DNA of 64,000 bases. Origin: Octopus vulgaris (Eukaryota). Within the stretch, counting starts at the first letter, position 1, and each line of letters opens with the position of its first letter. Below are positions 1 to 11,991 of the stretch, one piece after another. Made by a program: the position numbers and the translations under genes. The stretch lies in the NCBI GenBank assembly GCA_951406725.2, contig OX597824.1:47368001-47432000 (forward strand). The letters run 5' to 3'. The notes under the pieces were generated by a model. It saw only the letters and a list, made by a program, of their open reading frames with translations, was not told where the DNA came from and did not search any database.

Positions 1-339
1 ATCTATCAAATGTAATGTTTATTTATTCACATTGTTTTCAATTAATCATGCTTTATCTCATAGCCTTGAGATTTCAATGATGTGATCATTTATGTTTAGA
101 ATTACATTTTAGGGTAGGTGTGAGAAGCCTGATCAAACCAGTTTGAACATAAAACAGGTAGAAATATTGGATCAGTTATGGCCGGCTTAAATGCTAAAAG
201 GTTAAAAGTATTATGACTTTAGTGAAGTCATTATTTTACTTTTTACTTCATTTTTGTATCTTGTTTGCAAGATTTTTTATGTGAATTCATGTATTAAAAA
301 AATTTTTCTTGTGTCTAGGGAGGGTCTTGTTTCACAAGT

Positions 340-686
340 ACAATGTTCCAGCACACAAGTCCTTGATTTCAATGGCTGCTGTGCATGACTGACTTTGAAC
401 TACTCGATCATGAACTATTCTCATGATTTGGTCCCATCTGACTACCATCTTTTCCCCAACATGAAAAACCATTTGGTTGGGAACCTGTATCTCACTGATG
501 ATGATGTAATATCTGTTGTTGATGACTTGTTTGAGCAACAGGATGAAACAGGATCCAAGGACTGCAACACTGATGGAAAAAGTGTGTGGACCACAAAGGG
601 GACTATGTTGGAAAATTAATCTCATTTGGTGACATTCCATGAGAGTGCCTTAGCCAGCCTATGAACTTTTCAGCTGACACTCTGTA
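340..686 (+). mobile_element. Mariner (Tc1/mariner) transposase 3' relic
   Basis: ORF 395-619 contains YSHDLVPSDYHLFPNMKNHL, a decayed mariner YSPDLAPxDxxLF motif, followed by a mariner-like terminus and TA near 685. Confidence 0.75.
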
Positions 687-786
687 TATGCAAATTATTT
701 TGGAAGGGTAATTTACTTTCCTTGATTTAAGGCTATGAAACAGTCCTGTGCAAAATATTTCTGACTTTTAAGTTTATATCTTTCAG

Positions 787-881
787 GAAAATGGACCAAC
801 AATGGTTGGAGATGAATGGAATGATGTGGAGTTGATGGAATATCTTGGAGCTAGTCTATGCAAAGAGCTTGGCACTAACTA
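787..881 (+). CDS. GCHFR: GTP cyclohydrolase I feedback regulatory protein, internal coding exon (first exon lies outside or was not found)
   Basis: ttcAG acceptor (785-786) and GTAAGT donor (882). The 95-nt exon reads ENGPTMVGDEWNDVELMEYLGASLCKELGTN, matching the GFRP motif GPTMVGDExSDPELMxxLGA, and its phase 2 end joins the 11820 exon. Confidence 0.93.
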
Positions 882-1751
882 GTAAGTAATCAGTTTATAT
901 TTATTTTAAGAAGCTATATTTCACGATCGTATTCTAAGAACCATGAGAAGTGTTTCTTGCAATCAGACTTGTAAGTTTACAGGTGAAATGAAAATTGTGT
1001 AGTAAAAAAAATTTAACTTGAAAGTTTAGATATTGAAGTATGAAAGTTCATCCTCAATCTTAAGTATTTAGTGAATTCTGTAACCTTTTTAGCTGTTAGA
1101 GAACCTTTTAAAATTTCACCTTTATTAATAAATCAAGATTGAGTGAACTGACATGTGGTCTTCTGTTACTGTTCCTGCCCTATCAGAAGATAGAAATTAG
1201 TATTGAGCCTTTGAATATTAAGTGCATCAACCAAGATTAAATAGATCCAATGGCAGTATACTAACTGTTGACTTCTCATCTGTTGTTGCTGTATGGTCCC
1301 AGGTTAGTTGGATCCAGCATTTCTATGTGCAAAAGTATTTCAACTGTAACCATCTTTTTAGACTGTTTATCTAAGACTTCATTATTCAGTATGTTATTCC
1401 CACAGTAGGATGTGATTTGAGGGTGATTTGGTTGTCATTTCTAATAAGTCAAGCTAGTATGTAGAGGCTCCCATTAGATTATTTTGTTAGTCATTTAGCT
1501 GATAAGCTGTTAACTGCACCTCACTTTATGTTGTAAATAAACAAATATGGCAGTAAGCTATATATTTACAGTTTCTGTTTATATAATTCTCTTGGGGCTG
1601 TGGTTGAATATAGTAGATTGAGATTGACATAAATTCTGACATTTTTTTCTCTTTTTATTTATTACCCAGAAATTATTGCTCAAATGAAAAACTGAACTTG
1701 AGGATATTAATGATTGTATGTATTTAGAAACATGTTTTTATTTGATAAAGT

Positions 1752-3756
1752 ATCATCATCATCATCATTTAATGCCTACTTTCCATACTGGCATGAGTTA
1801 GATGGTTTGACTAGAACTGGTAAGCCGAGGAGCTGTACCAGGCTCCAGCCTGATTTTGGCATGGTTTCTACAGCTGGATGCCCTTCCTAACACCAACCAC
1901 TTCAAGAGTGTTGTGGGTGCCTTTTATGCATTGCTAGCATAAGTGCCTTTTATGTGTCACCAGCACGGATACTTATTACATGTCACTAACATGGGTGCCT
2001 TTTATGTGTCACTGGCACTGTCCATGACAACAGTTTCACTTAGCTTGACAAGTCTTCTCAACCACAGCAAATCACCAAAGGTCTCAATCATTTGTCATCA
2101 CCTCCATGAGACCCAACATCCAAAGATCATGCTTCACTACCTTATTCCATGTCTTCCTGGGTCTACCACTTCCACAGGTTCCCCCCACAGTTAGAGATCA
2201 GCACTTCAGGATGCAGCTGCCCTTGTCTATACATATCACATAACCATACCAGTACAGTCTCTTCTCTCTTGCACACCACATCTGATGCTTCTTATGCCTA
2301 ATTTTTCTCTCTAAACACACTCTGTTGTACATGCATACTGATATTGCACATCCGGAGAAGCATACTAGTCTTATTTTTTTTAAGCATTCACATGTCCTCT
2401 GTAGTTACAGCCCACGTTTCACTGCTGTGTAGCATGGCTGCTTGCATACAGGCATCATACAATCTGCTTTTCACTCTGAGGGAGAGGCCCTTTGTTACCA
2501 ACAAAGGTAGATGCTCTCTGAACTTTGCCCAGCCTATTATTATTATAGCAGCTATGCTCTCAGAGCATCCACTTTTAAGTATCCTCGCTGGCATTTGATG
2601 AAGTCTATTTTCTGTACATTTCCAGTGTTTATTGTATTGATACATCTGCCACACACAAAGTCTACTTTCTCTCTTAACTTTCCTCTGATATTGCTGCACC
2701 TTTTATGTGTCCATAGCTTGTGCTGAGTACAACTTATGGAGTTTCTACCTACACCTTTTCCACTTATTGAGCAGGGCCATCTCCTTGAAGGAATCTGTGA
2801 TTTGTCTGTTTTCCTACTTACTAAGACTTTGGTCTTTGCTAAATTAACTCGAGGCCCTTTGATTCCAGACCTTACTTCCACCTTTCTTCTCTAGTTCTGG
2901 TAGTGATTCAGCTCTAAGAACAAGGTCATCAGCTTAGAGGTGCTCCCAAGGGCAGCTCGGTTTAAATTCCTCTGTTATTGCCTGGAGGACTCTGGTAAAC
3001 AAGAGGGGGCTGAGGACTAATCCTTGGTGATCTCTTGCTTGCACCCTGAATTCATTGCTATACTCATTGCCAATCCTCACCTTACTGACAGCATCCTTGT
3101 ACATGACTTTTACAGCTCTCACCAACAATTCATCTATCTCTAGTTTCCACATTAACCACCAGATAAGGGCACAGGTGACCCTGTCAAAAGCTTTCTCCAT
3201 GTCAACAAAAGCCAAGTACAAAGGTTTATTTTTGGCTAAATACTTCTCTTGCAGCTGCCTAACCAGAAATATAGTATCAGTGGTGCTTCTTCCTGGCTCA
3301 AAACCAACCTGCATCTCATCTAGACTAACGCACTTTCTAATTAGTTGGGCTATGACCCTCTCCATGACTTTCATCACCTGAGCCAATAATTTGATACCTC
3401 TAATTATTTCTGTCTAAGGTGTCACCTTTACTTTTGTAGCAGTTGACTATGGTGTTGTTACACCAGTCCTTGGGTATGACTCCCTCATGGACAACCTGAT
3501 TAACAATAAGGGTGACTAGACCATAACCCACATCACCAGATATTTTAAGCATCTCAGCAGTGATTCCTGATGGGCCAGGGGCTTTCCCTGTCTTCATGTC
3601 CTTCATGGCTTTATCTATTAAGCTTGTCTATTTGGATAGCTGTTCCCTCTGTTGAATCCACATTAGGCGGAGTTCTCAACATTTAGCAGCCTTTCATAGT
3701 GACACTTCCAAGCGTCTTTCTTTCTGCAAGTGAACCACCATCCACGCAAATGCACT
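1752..3756 (-). mobile_element. RTE-clade LINE, 5'-truncated and decayed, interrupted by an LTR element (continues at 8146-8190)
   Basis: Fragmented RT motifs (GKAPGPSGITAEML, STTDTIFLVRQLQEK, LAFVDMEKAFDRV, HQGLVLSPLLF), a C-terminal zinc-finger-like segment and a (GAT)n tail at 1752-1768. Colinear with the copies at 60.6-63.4 kb. Confidence 0.9.
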
Positions 3757-4176
3757 TGTAACAGGATCTGGAATCGGTACCACTGAAGGGGTGTCCGATC
3801 CGATCCCGTCACATTCAATTTAGTTAAATATAACAGACGAAGTCAGGTTATCTGGGAAAGACAGCAAATGTTGTTTATTACTCGTGATGGTGTACATATT
3901 TCTGAGGGGAAATGACAGCCGAATCTTTGTACTGCTTCTTGTTGGTTGATTGAAGTGATTTGATGTGGTCCGTTGCTAAGCCGGTGTAGAGTTCTCAGAG
4001 ACTACCAAATGCACGTCTGTTCACGAGGGCTGAAAGGGCCAGAGAGAGTGAGTGGATGGACTGTGTTTTAGGGGTCAGTTTCCTGCACATGCACATGGGG
4101 AAGACTTCCAGTGGCCACCCGGAAGTAGTCCCATTCTGCGCATGCGCGCTGTACCTTACACAGCAGCATCACTACA
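3757..4176 (-). repeat. 3' LTR of the Gypsy element
   Basis: Direct repeat of 7722-8141, preceded on the minus strand by the polypurine tract GAGGGGGAGCCA (4177-4188). Confidence 0.97.
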
Positions 4177-4535
4177 TGGCTCCCCCTCGAGTGCGGAAGT
4201 ACGAAAACAAGAAAATTTGTAGTGGTGCTGCAGAAAAACAGATGGCTTGCCGATCCCCCAGAAGATTCGGTACACAATATGATACAAAAAACAAGAAATT
4301 TGAAAGAAAGTTAAATATAAATTGTCTTTGAGAGTTTCTTGGGCCAATGCACTGTTCTGCCCGATCTTGTAATATACGGTGTGCTCGAGGCACCCGTTGA
4401 CGGCGAAGGTGGTGTTGTGGGAGCCGGTGAAGGCAAAGGTGTCTGCGCAGGTGAAGGTGTTGTTAAAGGTGCATAGGTGGGTGTGGCAACGTTGTCATCA
4501 AAAGATGAAGACGCCTCAAAGTATGCTTTCTTCAG

Positions 4536-6605
4536 TCAGTCCACGGAAACGGTCTCCGAATGACCATTTATTTCAATGGTAAAAACCTTAGGTGTGCGAG
4601 AAAGCACACGGAAAGGTCCTTTATAAGGAGAAACAAGTGGTCCCTTGACAGAGTCGTCCCGAACAAAAACATGTGACCAAGTGTCCATATCCGGTGGGAG
4701 ATGGGATGGTGGAGATTGTTTCCTGGGAACCATGGGTGGAAGATTCGAAAAATAGGAACGCAGTCTGGCGACATAGGTCGCCGGATCATGGGGCTGGGAA
4801 GTGTCTGGCACCAACATCGTACCAGGCAATGCCAGTGTGGTACCATACAGTAGCTCTGCAGAAGAAAACCCCAGGTCTGCCTTGACAGCAGTGCGACAAC
4901 CGAGAAGTACAATCAGCAGAAATTCAATCCAGGACTGTGGATCTGAAGAGGCAAGAAGAGCGGCCTTGAGCTGTCTATGGAACCGTTCAACTAATCCATT
5001 AGACGCTGGATGATAGCTGGTAGTGTGAATATGATGCACACCTAAAATGCGCGACAATTCGCGAAATAGCGAAGCTTCAAACTGACGTCCACGATCAGTA
5101 GTCAATCTGGACGGAACTCCGAAACGGGAAATCCAGTTTGAAACGAAGGCTCGTGCAACAGTCTCAGCAGAAATGTCTGCTATCGGAATGGCTTCTGGCC
5201 AGCGGGAGAAACGATCGACACAAGATAACAGATAAGAAAACCCGCGAATCACAGGCCATGGTCCAACCAGATCGATGTGGACATGGCGAAAACGGGCCTC
5301 CGTAGGGGGGAAATGTCCAAGCGGGGCACGAACGTGCCGTCGAATCTTGGACCGGTGACACTTGGAGCAGGTGCGTGTCCAAGAAGTAATAGTGCGACGC
5401 ATATTCGGCCAGAAAAACCGAGCAGTGATCAGCTTAAGGGTGGCAGCAATGCCAGGATGTGATAAGGAGTGCAGTGCTTCAAACACTGAGCATTGATGAT
5501 TCTCAGGCATGAGTGGCCTGGGAGAACCAGTGGAAGTATCACAAAGAATGGTGCCTTCGGCTGACGGAAGCGGAAGGTAGGAAAACTGGCAACAGGAGAA
5601 CTTGGGAGAAGTTAAGTCTAACGACGCCAAAGGTGGCTGCTCCTGCGAGATGGCACTTAAGTCGATAGCAGCAGGAGACGAAAGGGCACAGACTGGAAGG
5701 CGAGAGAGAGCGTCAGCAGGAACGTTCCCTTTTCCAGGTATGTGTCGAATGTTACTAGTGAATTGAGAGATAAAATCCAGGTGCCGGAAAGCACGAGGCA
5801 AGAGTTTGTCCGTTTTTGAACACAGTGCAAACGTAAGGGGCTTGTGATCTGTATAGATCACAAAATCTCGCCCTTCAAGTTGATGCTGGAAATGGCGAAA
5901 ATCAGACTCGCCCTTTCGCGCCAAATGAAGGGGAGACGCCCATGGGCTGGTGGAGGGGCGTATAAGGCCAAGTTGAAGCATGTGCTCAAACTCAGCCCTA
6001 GCCGTTTTTAGATGGTCAGGCGCAAGGCGCTGTGGGCGCGAAAAAACAGGCGGCCCAGTGGTGGTGATAAAATGAAGGGTCGAGTGAGTAGGCTTTTCCG
6101 GTTGAAAGGCAATGTCCACTAGCTCCAGAAATGAAGCTAAAAGAGAGTGAAAAGCGTCTTCAGAGGTGGCAACAAAGAATGTCGGGCTAAGGACCACATC
6201 GGTGGAACTCCCAGTCGGCATAGAGAGCGACGTCATACTGTCAAGAAGCCTCCGACGCCTGACGTCCACCAATAGATTAAATCTATCCAAGAAATCAGCG
6301 CCGAGAATAGGATGCGGGATGTCAGCGATGACGAAAACCCATTGAAAATCTCGACGAAGGTTGATGTCGAGGCGCAGCGAAATCTGACTGAAGGTGGTTA
6401 TGGGAGACGAGTCAATGGCATGCAAGACAATTGAAGAGCGCTTGGGCTTGTCTGCAGTCAGACGAAGGGGCCAGATGCTGCAACAAGAGCCGGTGTCCAC
6501 CATGAAGAATTTCTTCGACACCAGATCTTTTACAAAGAACGCACGATTTTTTGGAAATGAGAAGGAAGAAGGTGACGTGCTCACCTCCTCCGGATTTAGT
6601 TTCCC
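4536..6605 (-). CDS. Gypsy pol: aspartic protease, RT N-terminal stub, RNase H C-terminal half and integrase
   Basis: FMVDTGS protease; SPWASPLHL joined directly to [21 protein letters not shown] and ADALSR; integrase [36 protein letters not shown] and PYKGPF. No YxDD motif. Confidence 0.93.
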   Translation of the reverse strand, partial: GKLNPEEVSTSPSSFSFPKNRAFFVKDLVSKKFFMVDTGSCCSIWPLRLTADKPKRSSIVLHAIDSSPITTFSQISLRLDINLRRDFQWVFVIADIPHPILGADFLDRFNLLVDVRRRRLLDSMTSLSMPTGSSTDVVLSPTFFVATSEDAFHSLLASFLELVDIAFQPEKPTHSTLHFITTTGPPVFSRPQRLAPDHLKTARAEFEHMLQLGLIRPSTSPWASPLHLARKGESDFRHFQHQLEGRDFVIYTDHKPLTFALCSKTDKLLPRAFRHLDFISQFTSNIRHIPGKGNVPADALSRLPVCALSSPAAIDLSAISQEQPPLASLDLTSPKFSCCQFSYLPLPSAEGTILCDTSTGSPRPLMPENHQCSVFEALHSLSHPGIAATLKLITARFFWPNMRRTITSWTRTCSKCHRSKIRRHVRAPLGHFPPTEARFRHVHIDLVGPWPVIRGFSYLLSCVDRFSRWPEAIPIADISAETVARAFVSNWISRFGVPSRLTTDRGRQFEASLFRELSRILGVHHIHTTSYHPASNGLVERFHRQLKAALLASSDPQSWIEFLLIVLLGCRTAVKADLGFSSAELLYGTTLALPGTMLVPDTSQPHDPATYVARLRSYFSNLPPMVPRKQSPPSHLPPDMDTWSHVFVRDDSVKGPLVSPYKGPFRVLSRTPKVFTIEINGHSETVSVD

Positions 6606-7340
6606 GAGGGCTGGAAAGTGCACGGCTGGGTACACCGTTCTGCCTTTTTGGCATACTTTGAATGGTACCAGCACCAGCCGGAACGAGAAACAGAGTCACT
6701 CTGACTACGAGAAACAGAGCCACTGCGACTACGACTGCGAGGTCGGCGCCCGATCGCACGGCACAGATCATCGATTCGCTGTGTAAGCACATCAATCTTC
6801 TCGGCTAATGAATTATGCGTCGGAGAAACTGTCGGAGGGGGCTCTGTACATGCATACAGGCTCCACGATGGAGATGGTCCTGAAAATTCTAATATTTTAT
6901 CGGCCATCGTGGCAATCTGGTCCACTGACACAGACTCCAGTGCCGTGGCCAACCTGCAAGTGGGCAGGCAACCTGGAGAAGAATATCTTCTGCAAGAGTG
7001 GCGTGTCTGCTGCGTTCCCGCTTAGCTCCCTTAGGTGGCGCAGGAACTGGGATGGAGTCCTGTCCCCCAACTGTTCGTCGGCCATTAGTTCATTAAATTG
7101 ACTCTCCTCCGACCGCGTGTTGCAGCAGAGCATTTCAGCCTTTACTGACGCGTATGTGGCGTCAGGGTGGGGACTCATTATGAGATCCCTGACCGATGTG
7201 GCGAGTCGGGAAGGCAAACTCGAGTATAGCAGATGCAACTGCTGCTGTGGAGGAACGGCATGTGCGGCAAAATGCGACTCCACCTGGGCAAGCCACAGAC
7301 CCACATCCCCTGTGAATGAAGGCAAACCTGATGCAGCCAT
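6596..7340 (-). pseudogene. Gypsy gag, broken by a frameshift near 6950
   Basis: ORF 6897-7340 (WLAQVESHF, LGDRTPSQFLRHLR) and ORF 6596-6952 ([33 protein letters not shown]) are consecutive halves of a typical gag. Confidence 0.88.
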
Positions 7341-7707
7341 GTTTGTCCGAAGAATCGCCTGTCAGAAAGGGGCAGAAGGTAAGAACGAGAAGTGGAGAAC
7401 ACGTGGAACCGACAAAGCAAATAAAAAAAAAATCGTGTTTTGTGTACTGGTGTGTACCTCGTGGGTAGTAAAGAATAAGTGTGTGTGCACAAAGGAAAAA
7501 CAAAAGCTACAGAAAAGAAAAAAAAATAATGTGTGTGTGTTTTTTTTTTTTTAGTGTACTGAGTGCGATGAATAAAACTTTTGTTTGTACGCACCTTCGC
7601 CGTCCTGAAAGGAAAAGAAAAATGAAAGTGAAAACTGAGTGTTCAGTGTGCTAACTGGCAAAACCTGTTTGCTGCATCTTCTGTTCTTTTTTTTTTTTTT
7701 TTTTTAC

Positions 7708-7719
7708 TCAGGGTCACCA
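7708..7719 (-). promoter_or_regulatory. Primer binding site, tRNA-Trp-like
   Basis: Minus strand TGGTGACCCTGA starts 2 nt after the LTR and matches the start of the tRNA-Trp PBS TGGTGACCCCGA with one mismatch. Confidence 0.75.
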
Positions 7720-7721
7720 AT

Positions 7722-8141
7722 TGTAACAGGATCTGGAATCGGTACCACTGAAGGGGTGTCCGATCCGATCCCGTCACATTCAATTTAGTTAAATATAACA
7801 GATGAAGTCAGGTTATCTGGGAAAGACAGCAAATGTTGTTTATTACTCGTGATGGTGTACGTATTTCTGAGGGGAAACGACAGCTGAATCTTTGTACTCC
7901 TTCTTGTTGGTTGATTGAAGTGATTCGATGTGGTCCATTGCTAAGCCGGTGTAGAGTTCTCAGAGACTACCAAATGCACGTCTGTTCACGAGGGCTGAAA
8001 GGGCCAGAGAGAGTGAGTGGATGGACTGTGTTTTAGGGGTCAGTTTCCCGCACATGCGCATGGGGAAGACTTCCGGTGGCCACCCGGAAGTAGTCCCATT
8101 CTGCGCATGCGCGCTGAACCTTACACAGCAGCATCACTACA
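7722..8141 (-). repeat. 5' LTR of the Gypsy element
   Basis: Direct repeat of 3757-4176, followed on the minus strand by AT and then the PBS. Confidence 0.97.
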
Positions 8142-8145
8142 CACT

Positions 8146-8190
8146 TCTTTCCAACAACATCACAATTTTCCCTGACACACTGTCTTGCAA
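8146..8190 (-). mobile_element. 5' remainder of the RTE LINE beyond the Gypsy insertion
   Basis: tctttccaacaacatcacaattttccctgacacactgtcttgcaa aligns with 63371-63416 of the other RTE copy and continues the sequence broken at 3756. Confidence 0.85.
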
Positions 8191-8390
8191 ACTGTTAATT
8201 TAAAAATTTTTCTTTTTAGTTCATATATCATTGGAAGAGGAAAGTTGTAATGTTTTGAACTAACTCATTCATTGAAGAGTGGAAAATTATGTCCCTTGGC
8301 ATGGGTCTTTTTTTTTTCTTTTAGTTCTCATTTGTAGCAAACACATCATTACACACAAACTGAAATTAAAAATAAAATTGAAGCCCTATA

Positions 8391-10561
8391 CACTGGGGAA
8401 CAGGGCTTTTGTTGTCCGATGTTGGATACATGTTTCCAACTAATTCTGTGGTGCTGATTTCAAAAATGAAATCCATTTTGCTCTATCATGTCAAGATTTT
8501 TCACAAACTTAGATCTCCATTTTTCAACATTTCTGGTATTGTCACCATTTCTAAGGATAGATTTGACTTCATCAAATGCAAACCCATGTATGGAGGTTAA
8601 CATAACTTTGAAAACATAGTTTTCAATGTCATTTAAAGTAAATACAACTACAAAAGTTTTAAAAAAGTCATGATTTAAGTATCTTTAGTAAATACAAATA
8701 TTAAACTTGAGCAACTTCCACTATTTTCAATTTAACCAGTTTCAAATGTCATGATAACAGAAATGTCCTTCATACAATTAGACATTAAGAAATAACATAT
8801 TTTTGTGATCATGTTTGCAGAATTTGTTTGCAGATATGTCCATCCCTTGCTTAATTTAATATGAATATGTAGCGAGGCACTAGAAGCCAGCACCATTTTG
8901 TATGAGATCTCGCCAGTAGCCATTACCATGTCCAAAACAGGAGCAAGATGTCGCCTGCAGCCATTTGCCGTGTGTGAGACAACAGCAAGACTCTCACCGG
9001 CAATGACTATTTAAGCAGGAGAATTAAGACATTCTCTTTCTTCCTTCTCGCTTATGCTGAGAAACATTGCGAACCTGCAGCTCACAGTGGACCCTTATCC
9101 TGCTCTAACTTTACCTGTTAGCTCCTGAGGTAATGAACTTCACGTGAAACGAGCTATAACGAACCATGCGCTGCCATAAAGATGGGAGTGAGCCACATGA
9201 ACAAGAACTAAAAATAAACTATTGAATTGCACTCTGCTTGTAAGTTTCTTCATGTTCCAGATCCGTAAGATGACAGAAATAATTGTAATGGGAGAAGGAG
9301 ATACTCCACATGTATCACAAGCCTTCAGTTCCATTATAACTATTATTGCAAACTAGGCAAGACATGTTTTGTTGAACTTTTAACTGTTTCTTATGAAAAT
9401 TGGTATTTTGAATGTGCCCTTAGTGTTTTAATTGTGTGGACACATGGGTCAAGGTCACTTGTCATCAAGCATGGTCAAAGAACTGTAAAAAGAACTTCAG
9501 GGTATGTATGCTCTTTATGGAACTTTGCCATCACAAATCTGCATTCACTTACTTTATAACTGTTGAAAATTCTGAAAATGCTTTTCCCAGGTGACAACGG
9601 GCTTGAATATGTTTTGTATTTCAGAAATATGGCCAGTTGTGAGAGAAGAGAATGTAAAAACAGCCCCGATGTCTTCTGCTTATTTCTGGATTAGGCAGTG
9701 AAACAAAATCACAGATTTTGTGAAGAAAGCTTACCTTACTTCCTTACTTACTTTAGCATGGAACTGGATGACAAGACAGTCTGGACACCCCACATAATGT
9801 GCAAAACATGTGTTGAAACACTGAGACAGTAACTGCTTCAAATACTTAAGCAGAAAGTTTCCAGTTTTGTCTTGTGAGAAAATTAAGATTGATGTGTTTG
9901 ATGGGCCACATATTAAGTGGCTGTTGCAGGATGAACTATTTTTGGAGATCATGTCTGGCATTGAAAAAGAAGCATATAATGCTTTTGCTGCAGTTGTGTC
10001 TGATTTTCTGGGAAACAGGAAGCCATCAAATTATGAAGATCTTGTGCAGACCCTGTTAACCAGTTTTCAAGCACTGGGCTGCAACATAAGTGTAAATGTG
10101 CATTTTATCAGGACTACTTCCTTGAAAATCATAAGGCAATAAGTGATGAGCAAGGAGAAAGATTCAACCAAGATATCAAAGCAAGTGGAACACCAACATA
10201 ATGTTGTTTACTGCAGGTCACTACAAAAAGACTGTTATGATGCAATTTATTCATATAAAGCAGCAAAGACAGAGTTCATTTCTTGAGTAGTTGAAACTCC
10301 AGTTTGACAGAAATATCTATCCTAAGATGTGTAATTAAACATTTTGTGTAATATATTTGTTAAACTATAAAAAGTGCTATTTGGTTTGTGCTAGTTTCTT
10401 ATTTCAGTCTTGCATTCAATGGCAAAATTCTTTTTTAACAAAAAACTTGATGTGATAGAAAATTTCTGATGGTATTTCTGAAACCATCACCATCAAATTA
10501 GGTAGGATTAATTGCAAAACACAAAATCATTTAAAATGTTTTTCAAAAATGTTCCCCAGTG
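8391..10561 (+). mobile_element. Chapaev3-like (CMC) DNA transposon, internally deleted
   Basis: Perfect 12-bp TIRs CACTGGGGAACA (8391) and TGTTCCCCAGTG (10550), with ATA and TTA flanks. Transposase remnants: CKNSPDVFC, FVKKAY, PHIMCKTCVE, FDGPHIK, FLGNRKPSNY, LGCNISVNVHF and SDEQGERF. Confidence 0.8.
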
Positions 10562-11819
10562 TTATCAATAGAATAATAAAAACAGCTAACCAGTTCTACT
10601 ACTTACAGACAAACAATACAATTGTGCTTATTCAAAGAGTAAGCTAAAGAAGAAAAAAACTTGACATGATAGAAGAAAATTAATTGTAGTTTTGAAATCA
10701 TCATTTCAATTTTAGTCATGCCAATTTTTGTCTAAATCAAGTGAAAAGGCAAACTTACCAGAAACTATGTTCAAAATTGTTTCACCTGTGTTGTGTTAGC
10801 CACCTGAAGACTTTTCCATATTTTCTAGTTTAATTACTGCATTGAAGATCGTTCTAATGGCATAGAGCTTTTTTTGAAGATGAATTCTAAGCATTCAAGA
10901 ATCAAATCTATAAATATGCTTGGTCAGTTTTTCTGTCTATACTTCAGTGAATCATAGATTGGGCCAATACATTTTTTTTAGCACCCAAATATCTTATGTA
11001 GCAGTTATTTATAAATGCATTTATTGAAATTAATATTGGGTCAAAACTATGAGAAGTTTGCATTAAAAACGTAATTCCTTGTATTCATAATTGGTAACTG
11101 TATCAGAGGAAAAGTACTTTGTTATAAAAGCACAAGATCAAAGAATATATAAAAATTTTGAAATTTTATATTTATATTTATTGATTTTGAAATAATAACT
11201 TTATAATAGTCAAATTTTATATAATTATTTTTTAAAAATAATAATGATTTCATATTTCTTTCCTTTGATGGCATCAAGTTGATTAAAAACCTAGTGAAGA
11301 ATCAATGTGATTGAGCCTCTAAAGTGTTGGTTGCTTGGTTCACAGGTCTCGTGCTTAAACTGTGCAATAATATAATAACAGCTGTTAATCATAAATGGAT
11401 GATTTAATAAATAATGATGTACATAGCTATACTATGCATTCATACATTTTCATTCTTCTCAGTTCTGAATTTAAATCTTGTTTAAGTTGACTTTGTCCTT
11501 CATTCATATGGGATCATTAAAATAAGAATCAATAATATTCTCCTCTAACAAGATGTTAATATTGGTTTCACATTTTAACACAAGATCAGCAAGTTATGGG
11601 GAGGAGCTAGTCAATTACATTGACCCCAGTACTCAACTGGTACTAATTTTGTCAATCTCCAAAAGGATGAAAGACAATGTCAACCTCCATGGAATTTGAA
11701 CTCAGAATGTAAGAACAGACAAAATCATTTTGGCCTGGGTGGTAATGATTCTGCCAGCTTGCTGCCTTAAATATTGTTAATATTGAAATGAAAATGGAAA
11801 GTTTCTTTTTTAATTGCAG

Positions 11820-11991
11820 CATTGAATACCGAACCCCAGATCCTCCAAGAGTTGTTCTGAATAAATTGGAAATGAAAGGTTACTCCATGGTAGGCATGGC
11901 CGGCGTTGGTCAAACTTGCATTTGGACCATGCATAAACCAGCAAGTAAGGAAGGTAATACAACTACCTCAAATGAGAGAAATGGTTTTTAA
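11820..11991 (+). CDS. GCHFR: GCHFR terminal coding exon
   Basis: ttgcAG acceptor at 11818-11819; split codon TA+C gives Tyr. Reads IEYRTPDPPRVVLNKLEMKGYSMVGMAGVGQTCIWTMHKP...GF*, matching GFRP EYxxxDPPRxVLxKLE..GVGQTxxWxxHK. AATAAA at 12086-12095. Confidence 0.93.

Larger units (their letters stand above)
3757..8141 (-). mobile_element. Ty3/Gypsy LTR retrotransposon, non-autonomous (RT deleted)
   Basis: Two 420-bp LTRs with TGTA...TACA ends, 4-bp TSD CACT (3753-3756 and 8142-8145), PBS, PPT, gag, and pol with protease-RNaseH-integrase order. Confidence 0.97.

Noticed and set aside
11788-11819. ATG-initiated start of the 67-aa ORF (MKMESFFFNCS)
   Set aside because: This is the intronic pyrimidine tract; the real frame enters by splicing at 11820.
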